Positions 27,501-40,674 of a DNA stretch of 64,000 nucleotides are shown piece after piece. Source of the stretch: Ruditapes philippinarum (Eukaryota). The stretch lies in assembly GCF_026571515.1 (NCBI RefSeq), contig NW_026856785.1:1-64000 (forward strand). Reading direction: 5' to 3'. Within the stretch, counting starts at the first letter, position 1, and each line of letters opens with the position of its first letter. Under the pieces are notes generated by a model, which was given only the letters and a program-made list of their open reading frames with translations, was not told where the DNA came from and ran no database searches. The translations under genes were made by a program, and so were the position numbers.

Positions 27501-27586
27501 AAACAAAAAACATACTATTTTTTTCCAAGATGGCGGCGTTTGCTTACTTTTTGTAGGATACGACGCAGTTTTGATTCCCAGCCCTG
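24518..27586. mobile_element. Non-autonomous foldback-type DNA transposon (3.07 kb, ~460-bp TIRs, 6-bp TSD)
   Basis: Termini CAGGGCTGG/CCAGCCCTG. TSD AGTTAT at 24512-24517 and 27587-27592, with an empty site at ~3669. Bases 24518-24975 are the reverse complement of 26845-27586, the right arm being interrupted at 27145-27420. No transposase ORF. Confidence 0.9.
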
Positions 27587-28248
27587 AGTTATTCCCCATG
27601 ACCAGTACAGAAAAGTCGCGTGACATACTCGCTGTGTGTGTACCGGTTGGGGACTACCGACTTTTTTAAATGTAAACTATATCTTTAAACTAGTATACGT
27701 GCAAAACATTACAATAACAAGATCATGTATCACTTATGATGTAACTGAATTTACAAATAAACAGAACATACTACTCCGGCCTTGTCACTAACTCAAAGAA
27801 ATTGGCAGGATCAGGAAGGAATAAAGAGACAGTGTTAAATAGAATACTATACAGTGCTTTGTTCGTAAGTATGCTAGTACGTGAAATAACATGAAATAAT
27901 ATATTCAACACAATATTATTTTTATATTTATCTAGCTGAAATAAAATTCGTTCACATTTTTCATTTTAATTACATTTTGTTCAGCTGAAAACAAGTTGTT
28001 TAGTTATTTAGTGATTGTTATTGTCGAAATACACTACCGATTTATTTGATTTGCATTTTAGTTGTGCACAAATTATAATTCTTTGACACAAGTGAACTAT
28101 TTAATTTATGCTTTGTTTTAAAACTTTCAAATGTGCAAAGTAATTGAAGCCTTTACGAAAGCAACTATTTATACAATATTGTCATATATAACCTGTCCAA
28201 ATAGCTATATATTAATAATATGTAGACGTGCTTCTGGGCTTTTGAAAT

Positions 28249-30540
28249 ATGAAGACTGTTGTAGCTTTGCTGTTTGCCGTAACAAGCCTAGTCTTAGGAA
28301 TTAATGCAAGAGGTAAAATATTTATTAAAGCTAAAATTACAAGAAAAATTGAAAGTTCAAGAACGACTAATCGCTTCATATTTTTGACGTTTTGCCTCGT
28401 TGGAATGTGTTAAACTATCTACTTTAAGATATGTGTGCTCGATATATGCTAAATATTTATTATGTCAAAAAATTAGTTCAATATATACGATTTATATAAA
28501 TGCACGATTTTGTTTGTTGACTTATTTAATAAGTTTGCTTATTGGTATGTACTCAATGAAATGGATGTAATGCCAAGGATTATTCAGGTTGATGCCGTTA
28601 ATTTTATTTCTAGTATTCCAAATTCAATACTGCAAAGAAAGAACATCATCAATGAATATTATTAAATAATTTTCAAAGTGGTTCTTAGTAAGACATAATG
28701 TAAAAGATGTCACCTGTCATACATCTATAAAAGATAAACTTTTTGTTGAAGCGTGCTGCAAGGATGGCTGGTTAGCCTATAATGGCCATTGTTACCACAT
28801 TGGTTATGGGAAGCTTCTAACATTCTCTGAGGCACGGGTGAGGCAGACAATAAATTTATTTTTCTAGTATAGAAACGACATATTATATAAGTTAACTGAA
28901 TGTATACATTTTTATACCACTTGCTTGTCAATGTTAATATGTTATTATGAAAATTTACTCACTTAAAGCTGCATGCCTCCAGATGAGCAAATTTGAGAAA
29001 ATGTGTTAAGATTTTAAGAAAAGTGGAAAGATTAAACATTCAAGAAATAATGTACAAGTTATGTGTGATTAATGACTGATTTTGTAGTATCTTTCATCAT
29101 GTTTTTACTACGTGACTAACGAAGAAAGGGCTATTTTGTATATTTTGATCTCTTTTGGTTATTATAACGGATTTTTAGCGCCGTTGCTTATTGCAGTTTG
29201 TAAATTGCTTTCTTATATCTCTTCACAATATTTAACTTTTCGATACATTTGCAAAATTATCATGTAAATTGGCATGAATCTGGAGGCATGCTGCGTTAAT
29301 CAATGGCTTTATCTCTATCATCAAAAGGTTTGTTTTTGTAATTTTGGTTAATAGATATCTATTTGACAAATTTGTAATCAAAAGTGGCAAGATTTATATC
29401 TTTATCATCAAAGGGGTTTTTTTCTTTTGCAATTTTTGTTTATAGCTATCTTTTAGACAAATTTGTAATCAAAAGTGGCAATAATTATTTATTTTAAACA
29501 CTAGTACTAACTGAGACGGTCGAATTCATAAATTCTTTACAAATGACTCCCAAGACCCATGTTCGATAAAGAAAACTCAACATATGCTTTAAATGTATTT
29601 TTCATACAGGTGTACTGTCACGATCTTGCTGCTTACCTTGTACGGTTTGAAACTTTCGCTGAATACACTTTCTTGGCAGGAATTCTGAGAAAATCTAACG
29701 GTAGTATTTAAGACTTATTTTTGTTCCTTTTCTGTAATTCTATTTGTTAAAGACAGAATGATTTATTTGTACTCAGAAATATGTTTAAAGAGTTCTATCG
29801 CTATAGGTTAACTGTTTGTATTGTAATCAAAACCATACACGTGTACATAAATTTGATAAATAACGATCGTTAAATTTCGATAAAACGGATGGCGCATACT
29901 GGAAATCATCACTTTATATCTACTTATTTAGCGTTAAGGGAATGTTTAATTATGTTAAAAAAAGTATAATAAGTGTGTTTAATGATAGAAACCATTTGAC
30001 TTCATTTTTAAACTATTCAAGAAATGATTAAAAGAAAACAAATATTTACTGTTTAAGTAAACTTTATGGTATGTTTTGCCATTTATTGCTTTACATTTAT
30101 AAGGGAATTAGTATTCTCTTAATTGAGACTCTTTCTAATTAAAATGAAGTAACAAAAGTTTCACTTTACTTTTACAATAACATCTGCAGTATTCCTGTTA
30201 CATATGGAGCTTTATATATATTTTCCCTCTATTAATTATTCATAGCATAGCTTGTAGATATGATTGATGTTGATATTCTGCGTAAAAAGATATTCTTTCT
30301 TTTTCTTTATATTAAGCTGGCAAAACATGGATTGGTTTGACCGACAAAACTCATGAAGGGATCTGGAGATGGTTTGACACAAAAGAGCATGCTACATTCT
30401 CTGACTGGGCAGATGGGGAGCCCAACAATAAAAATGGCGCTGAAGACTGTGTACACTTTCAAAACAGCCAGGGATACAAGTGGAACGATGCCCCATGCAG
30501 TTTTAAAGCGATACCATTGTGCGAAATTGAATTAAGATAA
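28249..30540 (+). CDS. C-type lectin copy 4 (EPN/WND). Coding exons 28249-28312, 28752-28837, 29610-29700, 30317-30540
   Basis: Open spliced frame MKTVVALLFAVTSLVLGINAR-ACCKDGWLAYNGHCY...-VYCHDLAAYLVRFE...-AGKTWIGLTD...GEPNNKNGAEDCVHFQNSQGYKWNDAPC...LCEIELR*. The upstream ATG of copies 1/2 is GTG followed by TGA here, which supports MKT as the true start. Confidence 0.92.
28967..29295. mobile_element. Same TTAA-target MITE in intron 2 of copy 4 (degraded copy in copy 5 at ~37847-38136)
   Basis: TTAA|AGCTGCATGCCTCCAGAT ... ATCTGGAGGCATGCTGCG|TTAA. Confidence 0.8.
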
Positions 30541-30954
30541 ATTGAAAACATTAATGAACAAAATTTGATATTTGTACTGTTATTAATTCAAGTGTATATT
30601 ACTGAAGTACTGACAAGTTCATGTTTCGCAGCAGCAGGTGTTGAGTGCCGTCTGGCAGCGGTAAAAAGTTGCCACGTATTTATCTTCAGTCTTGTTATAT
30701 TTTTCTGGTCTACTTGTTCAGGATTCTAGCAAATTTTGTCTTATTTTTGGCAGTGTTAAAACGTTTTTGAGTTATCTTCATATGTACTTACTCTTATAAC
30801 AATTTCTAAAATGTTCTAGGGCATACATAGAAACCCCAATGGTCCATAACCATTTACCTTGAAATATGAAGACGGCAGTGTTTTATTCTGAAACATATTT
30901 AAAAACAGTACGTAACTATACCAACCTTAACACATACTGTTTTGAGTTCTTAAC

Positions 30955-31831
30955 TTTTAGCTCGACTTAAAAAAGAAGAAGAGGTATTGTTAAAGTCGCG
31001 GCGGCGTTGCCGTTGCCGGTGCCGTTGCCGTCCGTAAACTTGTACCTGGATCATAACTTTTTAGCTCTTGGTGTATTGTCTTCATACTTAGCCACAACAA
31101 CCCTTGGGACAAGACCTTTCAGTAGACCACACTAACCTTGACCTTTATCCATAAGTGACCTTGACCTTCAAATTTGCTTGATCTTGCTATTATTGGCTGT
31201 AACTTTGTTATTTTTGAATGGATTGTCATCAAACTTGAATATAATAATTTTCAAGGATAACCCTTAAAAATAATCAGACAGACTTTGACCTTCACTCATT
31301 TATGACCTTGACTTTGAAGGTCAAATTATTGAAATTTTCATTGTTTTGGCTGTAACTGGCTATAACTTTTCTATTATTGCTATTTATAGAATTGCGTGTT
31401 TCTACTTATAGAATTGCGTGTATCTTTTTATGGAATTGCGTGTATCTTTTTATAGAATTGCATGTATCTATTTATAGAATTGCGTGTATCTATTTATAGA
31501 ATTGCGTGTATCTATTTATAGAATTGCGTGTTTCTATTTATAGAATTGCGTGTTTCTATTTATAGAATTGCTTGTTTCTATTTATAGAATTGCGTGTTTC
31601 TATTTATAGAAATGCTTGTTTCTATTTATAGAATTGCGTGTTTCTATTTATAGAATTGCGTGTTTCTAAATATATATTTATATATACAAAATATATAGAC
31701 AAAAATAAATGTGACAAGACAGACCGATTAAATTTATAAAAAAGGAAACGTTAAGATTTGTTAAAACATTTCTTTGTTTGATTTTAGAAAAAGTAAAAAG
31801 TCAAGCGTTGCCCCGCCCGGCGGTGGCTTTG
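30955..31831 (+). mobile_element. Helentron-associated (HINE/DINE-1/pearl-like) non-autonomous element
   Basis: Starts TTTTAGCTCGACTT, followed by a (GCCGTT)n microsatellite and GACCTTGACC motifs. Ends with the complementary subterminal AAGTCAAGC plus a GC hairpin before TT. Absent from the paralogous site at ~15948. Confidence 0.8.
31381..31666. repeat. 22-bp minisatellite, 13 copies (TATTTATAGAATTGCGTGTTTC)
   Basis: Counted directly; head-to-tail with no spacers. Confidence 0.95.
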
Positions 31832-33620
31832 TTAAACAGTATCGCAACCACAATAGTTTAATCAATGTAGGTTTCGACCAGAATAATTGTTGATAATTGT
31901 TGAGGAAAATAACTTAATAAGAAATGATATTTGTAAAAAACTTTTCCACCAATTTATATTTAAGGAGATATACCTATTATTAAATTGAAATCGTTATTAA
32001 GTGCGATTCATAGCTCGATTAAAGTAATTGCCATTAACCTTGTCATTTTTAAATCATTTTGCCTAAAGTGTGCGAATGAGGTATAGACATAGATTAAAAC
32101 GTGTTAAAATTTGGAAAAAATGTCCAGTCCCAGCATGTCAAAGTATATCATTTAAGCAAACTTTTTTTTTTTGAATTCTGTTGTAATAATGAATAACAAG
32201 CATATTGGATGCTTATTACCTGAAGAAAGTAGCGTTGAATGTGAAATAATTTCTCATTAAAATATAAAAAATGTAAACAATGTGACATTCTTACTTCCAT
32301 ACAAAAGGCTAAAACATTTTAACTGTGCTGAAATACAAAAACTGCAAATGAAGCGGAAGGTGAGCTATCAATATGGCCAATATGTATCTTTTCGGAAACT
32401 GTAACAGGACAACAAGGCAAAGAAAATTTTGAGAGATGAATACAATTTTATTTTTGGGCTTAATGAGCCATAAAAGACAATATTAAAACATTTGGAATAG
32501 TAAGAAGATTACATGACTACTGAAATGTTTATTGTAAGCCATATGTGTTATTCCCTTCTGAAATTTGCTTGGGGACATTAAGAATACAGGGTTAAGTGTG
32601 GGTTAGGGGGTTCAAAACAAATTTCGGGGATACTGGGTTTTTTTAAAAAACAGTTAGTTTTGAGTTTTTCAAAATAATTTAAAGCCGGTCCCAAGGGGGC
32701 GTACGTATGTTGAATTTTAAAATTTACCCCTTTATGAAAAAGCTCATTAAGACTGGGGCCCTCCCTATTTTAAACATTTTTTTATTGTCTTTGCTGTTGT
32801 AGGATCTCCTTTTTTCAAAATATTTACAGTCAGAAAAAACTATTGAACATACATGAAAAAAGGTCTTTCAATTCAGGCAAAGTTCCGGAAAATTTATTAC
32901 GTGTTTAAATCCCTATCTGCGTTATATGTGACAATCAAGAAAACAATGGACCAAATATCCATGTTAACAAACAATCGTGTGTGTTAACCTTTTTGTATGA
33001 AAAAGCGAATATGCATTTTGTAACAATTCACACACACATGTAAATCGATAGTGTACTGATTTGTAGAATAGAGTGGCCGCTCAATGAAATAAATTTATCA
33101 CAACCCACGCAATGATGCGTATATACAATTGAAAGGGACTGTGTCATCCGGTTGGAGCTGAATGGTACTGATGTTCATAACTTCCTTAGAACCGTAAAAC
33201 CAGACTGAGTATATAATTATTACTCTTTAGGATTGCTCAATTAATGTTACCTATCAGGCATTTCATAGTACAAAAACTCTTCATAGAATGTTGCTCGTTT
33301 ATTCAGCTTGCTGTAAGTGTAACCTTGACTTCGGCTTCTTTCCATTTAAAGCCTTAAATTCCTTGTTTACCTAGCCTAGATTTCAAAAAGGGGACGAGTT
33401 GGAACCCTTAGGACAAAGCCAAAAACAAATTATTTTCGAATGTTCATTTAGCTAATTAGGAAACAGCAAAATACTAAATCCAAGACTTTAAGGCATTTAC
33501 ATAATTGATATGGTGCGTGGATACAATATTATGTCAACCCCTAGCATTCTCTGCACGTGCATGACTAAAATTATTGAAAACAGCATGCGTCCTTATCTTA
33601 AAGACAACTGAATACATCTA

Positions 33621-35084
33621 CGAGGGTTGTTCAAAAAGAAATAGGACTGGAGCTCTACTGTTCACATGTTTTAATTTACGCACATAATTTTACAAGAAAC
33701 AAATATCGGAACATATTCTCTGTATACAGTGAAAAAATCAATACAAAATGTTTACAAATAACAATTCTGTGAATTTTTCAAATGACAAGGTGTACGAAAC
33801 CTAGCGCAAGCTGACAATACAATAATTGACGTTCATGACGTCGTTAACTAAATACAAAATATAACAAGTGCCATCTATCCTGAAAGTATTCTTCCTAGTG
33901 CTCTAGGTGTCTGAATTATGTGATCATGATCAGGTCTCATATGTGGAGATTAAGCGAGAAAGAAAGCGATCACAATTTCGTTTAACTCTCCAAGAAAATG
34001 CCCCATAGCCGGCCATTCTCCACTTTTCTCGAATATTTGAGAAAACTTGGAACTCAACAAGCATGGACTTATAAAGCTTAAGCAAAATCGATTGATATTA
34101 TTAATGTTCACATGTATGTCATCGAATGTTTTTAAAACAATATGATTATATACAGTAAAATAACAATATTTATCCATTGAAAAAAGTATCATTTATTGTA
34201 AAAAATTGGCGGAAAATACTACTAATTTATTAATACCATTAATCATTATCATATTAATTTATTTAAACCAAGTAAATTGTATATCTAATGAGATAAAATA
34301 GAAACGTCTTAAATACAATCCTTTGGTGAGACCTGAATAAGTAGACCCGAAGCAGACATAAAAAATGCCGGACAGTCCTGGTATCGTTTACCGTCGATAC
34401 ATTTACAGGGCTTTTGCAATTGACGTCACCACTTCACGTCGCGCAATTTTCCGCTTTCATCTCCTCACACATTTCTGTGAGTGATTTTGTATTCGCCGTT
34501 TTTAAATTGATTGTACCAGCTGAAAACGAGTGTCCCTGGTTGCAGGATAATTTTTCCTTTCTTTTAATGTTATCATTTTGTAAGTATCTGGAAAAAATAT
34601 TGCCAATATGTTTGGCAAAATTTAAACGATTGCGCGAAATTTCGGTTTGTTAACCGAGTTTTCCGTATTTCTACCATTTAACGGGCAATGACCACGGCTT
34701 AGTTCAAAAACTGCATTTAATTATGCCATTTCATGCCCGAATGACGTCAAAAAATTACATTTAATGTCACTTTAATATAGATTAAATTGTGGTTGGTGGA
34801 TAATATATTGACAAAAAGAAGTAAATAAATTAAATAAATCAGAAGTACAACTTAGCTTTCAATGACTACTTTTTATGTGGCTGCGCCGGGTACGTGTTAC
34901 CATGTGTTTATTCAATATCACAAGAAAAACGCCGCGTTCATCACAAATAAATTAATTAACTTAATGCCATAAATTGTAGAAAAACAATTTAACGAATCCC
35001 TATAACATATGAAAATATTTTAAATTTGTGATGAAATATGAATATGCAAGACTCTCAGTCCTATTACTTTTTGAACAACCCTCG
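33621..35084. mobile_element. Non-autonomous Tc1/mariner-type element (1464 bp)
   Basis: TA|CGAGGGTTGTTCAAAAAGAAATAGGACTG ... CAGTCCTATTACTTTTTGAACAACCCTCG|TA: 29-bp TIR with one mismatch and a TA TSD. Absent in paralogous spacers (~2358). No transposase ORF. Confidence 0.9.
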
Positions 35085-37078
35085 TATTTCTTCATTTTGC
35101 AACAACTATGTCATTGTTTTATGACTTCTAGTGTTCAGAAGCCTTGCAATGTCTTACAGACTGCCGAATATCAAAATGCTGTATTTCTGCAACAACGATG
35201 TCATTTTAAGTAAGACTGTGATCTGTACTACCTTTTGGAGAGAAACTAGAGAAGTATCGTTGAGTTTCTATTAAAGTCACATTTGTTAATCAAGATGCTT
35301 TAATTAATAGATGTTGGTTTTACATTTAGAATATGCAAGTCCAAGAAAATGACAGATAGATGAAGAACAACAGAGACAAAGCTTACTTTGAAAAAAACCT
35401 GATAAAGCTGTATATCTTTTCTATCGTTTTTATCAGACTTCTGCGTTCAGGAAACGTGTTCATTGGTGCGTCAGTAAAGCGATGCTCTATGTATGTTCAG
35501 AAAATCGCTTTCAATTTTGCAAAGTTATCATTTACTTTCTTCTAGACCAAAACGATCGAATCAACCAAATGTTCATGTGATTATGCGAAATTTGAAAATT
35601 AAGTTTAATTCACATATTTGTTATGTAATATTGGGGAAAACTGGGAAACGAAATACTATTTAATTAAAAAACATAAATGGGGAATATTTTAAAGGGTAAA
35701 ACATTTTTTTTTTTAGGGGAGATAAAAAAGATTAATTTAAGTTTACGGGAAAGTGGGGAATGGGTTTTTGTTGACTTTACCTACTTTTTTTAACAAGAAA
35801 AATTTTTGTAAAGGAAAATCTTTGGGAGTAAAAATTGATTTCAAACATGCGACTGATTTATTTTTGCAAAGACTGATAGATTAGTTCCTGTCTTTTACTG
35901 TTTTATCACTTTTTCGAAACAGGATATATAGTAGAAAGTTACATGAAATGTTCCTTTACAAATGGCGTTTGAATGCCGCGTATGATTGTAACACTTACAA
36001 ATTAAAAATAAAATTTAAAGGATTGTTTATTTGACTCGAGAGAAGATATTTAACAAACATAATTACATTTTGTGTTATGACATTCCTTCATTGCCAAACG
36101 GTTGTCTTTACGTGCACTTAAATTGCGATGTCTAAAAAGGAACGCTTCGTCAATGAAATCGGAATCATCTGTTAAAACTAAACAATTTTTATTTGTCCTC
36201 TTGCCCATTCGAAACAAAGATCCTCCGCATAACAAAACAACTTACAAAATAATCTAACATACACATCTTTAAACATCCTTTTTGATGTTGCATAAATAGA
36301 ATTGAAATAAACAGTATTTTACGTGTCAAAAAGAGATACTATTACGTAAACATTCTTAATATTTGTTACAAACGTGCAAAATCCTTTGCCTCGTCAGAAA
36401 AAAATAATAAATTATTTACAGCAATTATTTCCCATGACCAATACAGAAGCGTCGCGTGACATATTCGCTGTTTGTGTGTGTGTGGCGTGAACGGAGGGGG
36501 GGGGGGGGCACTATCGACATTCTTAAATGTAAAATATATTTTTCAAACTTGTGTACGTGCAAAACATAACAATAACAAGCCCATGTATCTACTTACGATG
36601 TAATTAAATTTACAAATAAAAAGAACATATCACTCTGGCGGTGTCACTTACTTAAAGAGATTGGCAGGATCAGAAAGGAATAAAGAGACAGTATTAAAAT
36701 AGTATACTATACAGTGCCTTGTTCGTAAGTATGATACTTGAAATAACATGAAATAATATATTCAACACAATTTTATTTTGTATTTATCTAATTAAAATAA
36801 AATTCGTTCACATTTTTCATTTTAATTACAATATTTTCAGCTGACAAAAGTTGTTTAGTTATTTTGATTGTTATTGCTTGATATATGCTACCGAGGTATT
36901 TGATTTGCATTTTTATTATGCACGTATCATAATGATTATCAAAAATGAACTATTTAATTTATGTTTTGTTAAAAAATGTCCAAATGTACACAGTAATTGA
37001 AGTATTTACACAAGAAACTTTTTTTACAATATTGTCATATATAACCTGTCCAAATAAATATATTAATTACATCTAGAC

Positions 37079-39168
37079 ATGCTGTTTGGAAATATGAAGA
37101 CCGCTGTAGCATTGTTTGTCGTGACAAGCCTTGTGTCGGGAGTTAATGCAAGAGGTAAAATGATTTATGAAAGCTAATATTACAATTAGCTCACAACATT
37201 TTTAGAACTGAAAGTTCAAGATTGACGTTTAGTCTCGTTGGAATGTGCTAAACTTTTTATTATCAAATAAAGAGTGCTAAATATATGCTAGATATAACTT
37301 ATGTACAACATTAAGTACAATGTATACGATTTTCATAGATGCACGAATTTGTTTGTTGACTCGTTTGCTTGTCGGTATTTAATCAGTCAATTAAGTGGAT
37401 TTAATGTCAGTTATTGTTCCTGTCGATGTTGTTGATTTAATCATTAATTCATCAAAATCATTGATGCATAGGAGGAACATTATGACTAATTTCGTTATGA
37501 ATATTATTTTATATTTTCAATGTGGTACTTAGTCAGACATACTAAGTAATCAAAAATATTTCACCTGTCATATATCTATAAAAGCTAATTTTTTTGTTTA
37601 AGCTTGCTGCAATGATGGCTGGATACCATATAAAGGTCATTGTTACCACATTGCTTATGGGACGCTTCTTACATTTTCTGAGGCACGGGTGAGGCAGACA
37701 ATGACTATACTTTTCTAGTATATATACGACATATTAGCAGTTAACAGAATAAACACATAAGTTTATTATATTTGTATAAAGTTAAATATTATTTTATCTC
37801 GTGTTTGTCAACGTTTATGAGATGTTATGAAAATTTTATCATTTAAAGATGCATGCTTCAAGAGCTTTGAGAAAATGTACTAAGATTTTAATACAATATT
37901 ATAAAAATCTGTCAATGATGGGGGAAAAATTACTGATTTGTATTTATCTATATCTATGTTTACTAAGGGCTAACAAAAGAAAGGATATTTTGGCATTTTT
38001 TTGATCTTTTGGTTATAAAACAGTTTTTAAGAGCCTTTCCCTTTGAAATGTAAAATTTCTTACCCCACTTCAAATATTTTTTTTTAAATACATTTGAAAT
38101 TTTTCAGAAAAAAACCCTTAAATCGGGGCTTTCATTTTAATAATGGCTTGTCTTATCAACAAAGGAACATCTTTAATTTTAGTCTTTATTGAAAATCCTT
38201 TCGAAAAATTTAATCAAATTTGGGCCAATGTTTTTTTGTAAACACTTGTAATAACTGATAAATATTTTACATGTGTATGGTTTACAAGTCCGTGTTCGAT
38301 AAATAAAACTAACCACATATGCTTTAACACGTATTTTTTCATACAGGCGTACTGCCACGATCGTGGAGCTTACCTTGTACGGCTTGAAACGTTTGCTGAA
38401 CACACATTCTTGGCAGGAATTCTAAGGACAACAAAGGGTAGTATTTCAGATTTATTTTACAGTTCCTTTTCGCTCATTTTGTTTGTTGAAGACAGAATGA
38501 TTTTGTGGTACATTAATTGAATAACCATGATGGTAAAATTTCGATAAAACGGATGGCGCACGCAAGAAATCACCCCTATATACCCACTAAAAATCTAACA
38601 GAAAAATTGGTTAAGAGCAGGTTTAATTAAGTTTAAAAAATATTATGAAATGTGTTAAATGATTGAGACCCCTTGACCTCTTCAAAAAATGATAAAGTAC
38701 ACGAAAAAGAGAAATTATACAGTATAAGAACATTAAATTGTATGTTCCTGTCAGTATTTGCTTACATCTGTTACGATTAGATAGAGTATGCCGTTACAAA
38801 TGGATAAATTCCATTATTTTAGTATCCAAAATTAGGAGCTTTAAATTTATTTTTTTCTAATGCAAAACATAGTTTGTTGTAATTGTTGGTATTGACATTC
38901 TAATTGTTCTTAATATCAAATTTTCTTTTTTGCTTTATATTCAGCTGGAGATATGTGGATTGGATTGACCGACAAGAGTCACGAAGGGATCTGGAGATGG
39001 TTTGACACACACGAGCATGCTACATTCTCTGACTGGGGAAAAGGGGAGCCCAACAATGCTCATGGTGCTGAAGATTGTGTACACTTTAGTCCCGGTCGGG
39101 GCTACAAGTGGAACGATGTGCCATGCAGTTTTAAATTTAGACCATTGTGCGAAACTGAATTCAGATAA
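37079..39168 (+). CDS. C-type lectin copy 5 (EPN/WND). Coding exons 37079-37154, 37603-37688, 38347-38437, 38945-39168
   Basis: Open spliced frame (MLFGN)MKTAVALFVVTSLVSGVNAR-ACCNDGWIPYKGHCY...-AYCHDRGAYLVRLE...-AGDMWIGLTD...GEPNNAHGAEDCVHFSPGRGYKWNDVPC...LCETEFR*. Indels in the first exon are in-frame only. Conserved ATG at 37094. Confidence 0.92.
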
Positions 39169-40674
39169 ATTGCAAACATTAATGAACAAAATTTGTTACT
39201 TGTTTAGTTATTATTTCAAGTGTATATAATATATACATACAAATGTATTAACAAAGAACTGACAAGTTCATATTTCACAATAGCAGGTATCGAATGCCTT
39301 GTGGCAGCTGTATAAAGTTGCACATTTTGTTTCATTCAAGGGTTGTTATATTTGTTCTTGGCTTTCTTGATCATTGTCTCAAGTACATTAAGTATTAAAG
39401 TAGTTCTGTACATTCATATACATTTGTTGTTTCCTTTGCTTCCAATCGATCTTAGCATTTACAGATTGTATTCAAGAAATTTTTATCTTTTAAAAAGAAA
39501 CATGCCTTCAGACTCAAAGAATATACAAGAGGGCCATGCTGGCCCTGAGTCGCTCACCAGAAACAACGGCTTTACAGTGTTGTAAATTATTTTTTAAAGG
39601 CAAGGCTCTTTCAGCAAGTTCAGCTCAACTTTAACTTGCCCCTCTAGTAATATACTTTCACAACATTGATTGTTTCAGCTTTTTTTCTTCATAATAAAAA
39701 ATAGGGCCAATAAGATGGCCCTAGATCACTCATCTAACCAATCATTTCATTATTCACAATATAAATTGATATATTTTGCCCTAATATTTTGGAAAGGCTT
39801 TGTTAAAAATATGTATGCTGCAAGTGTGTTCCTATGAGATTATGTAGAATAAATGCAGAATAAATGACCACTGGAGCAGGATTAAATTTGACTAAACAAT
39901 TTTTTTTTAAACTTTTTTGAATGAAAACACAAATTGTCACATGCAAAACATGTAAGGTGTAGATGCTTGAGGACAACAAAATTTTAATACATTCTGTATG
40001 GTTACATAACTGTACCTCAAAAAAAGACAATAGGTCAAACATTGTAAAAAATATGGAAAGTAGGCTAGTTGATATCAATACTCAATTTAGCATCAGAAAT
40101 TACACACCTAGTCCAAACTTTAAGTCTGTATGTCAAAAAACACAAGAATTATGGTCAAATTATATCAAAAATATCAAAAGTAGGTCAGTTGAAATAAAAA
40201 TTCATTTCGGCATCAGAATTTACAAACCTGGTCCAAATTTAAAATCTAGATGTTAAAATACAAGAAAATAGGTCAAATGGTGTCAATAAAAATAGATCAA
40301 ATAATACCTAAAGTAAGTCAGATGGTATCAAATTTCAAGTATGTACATAAAAGACAAAAAAGTAGGTAAAGCAATATTAAATATATCAAAAGTATCATAT
40401 CAAAAGTTTATTCAATATCAGAAATTAAACCCCTTGTCGAAATTTTCACCAGGTACATCAAAAACAACAAACTTGGTCAAACAATATCAAATAATAATAT
40501 CAAAAGTAGTCAAATGATATCTTAATTCATTTTGCATCAGAAATTGCATTCATTGTCCAAATTTCAAGTCTCTGTACATCATTCCAAATTTCAAGTCTCT
40601 GAACATCAAAACAAAAAAGTATGTGGAATGGTTTCAAAAATATCAAAAAACAGTTCCACTGATACCAAAACATG

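Larger units (their letters stand above)
1..39520 (+). repeat. Tandem segmental duplication units (spacer plus lectin gene): ~1-6520, 9690-15600, 15600-21235, 21235-30640, 30640-39520
   Basis: The same spacer landmarks recur colinearly, e.g. AATGTAGGTTTCGACCA at ~60, 10124, 15986, 21679 and 31864. Bases 1-2330 and 21620-23560 are nearly identical apart from insertions. Confidence 0.93.

Noticed and set aside
31381-31666. CRISPR-like array (also the 145-bp repeats)
   Set aside because: Head-to-tail repeats without unique spacers, in a eukaryotic context with no cas genes.
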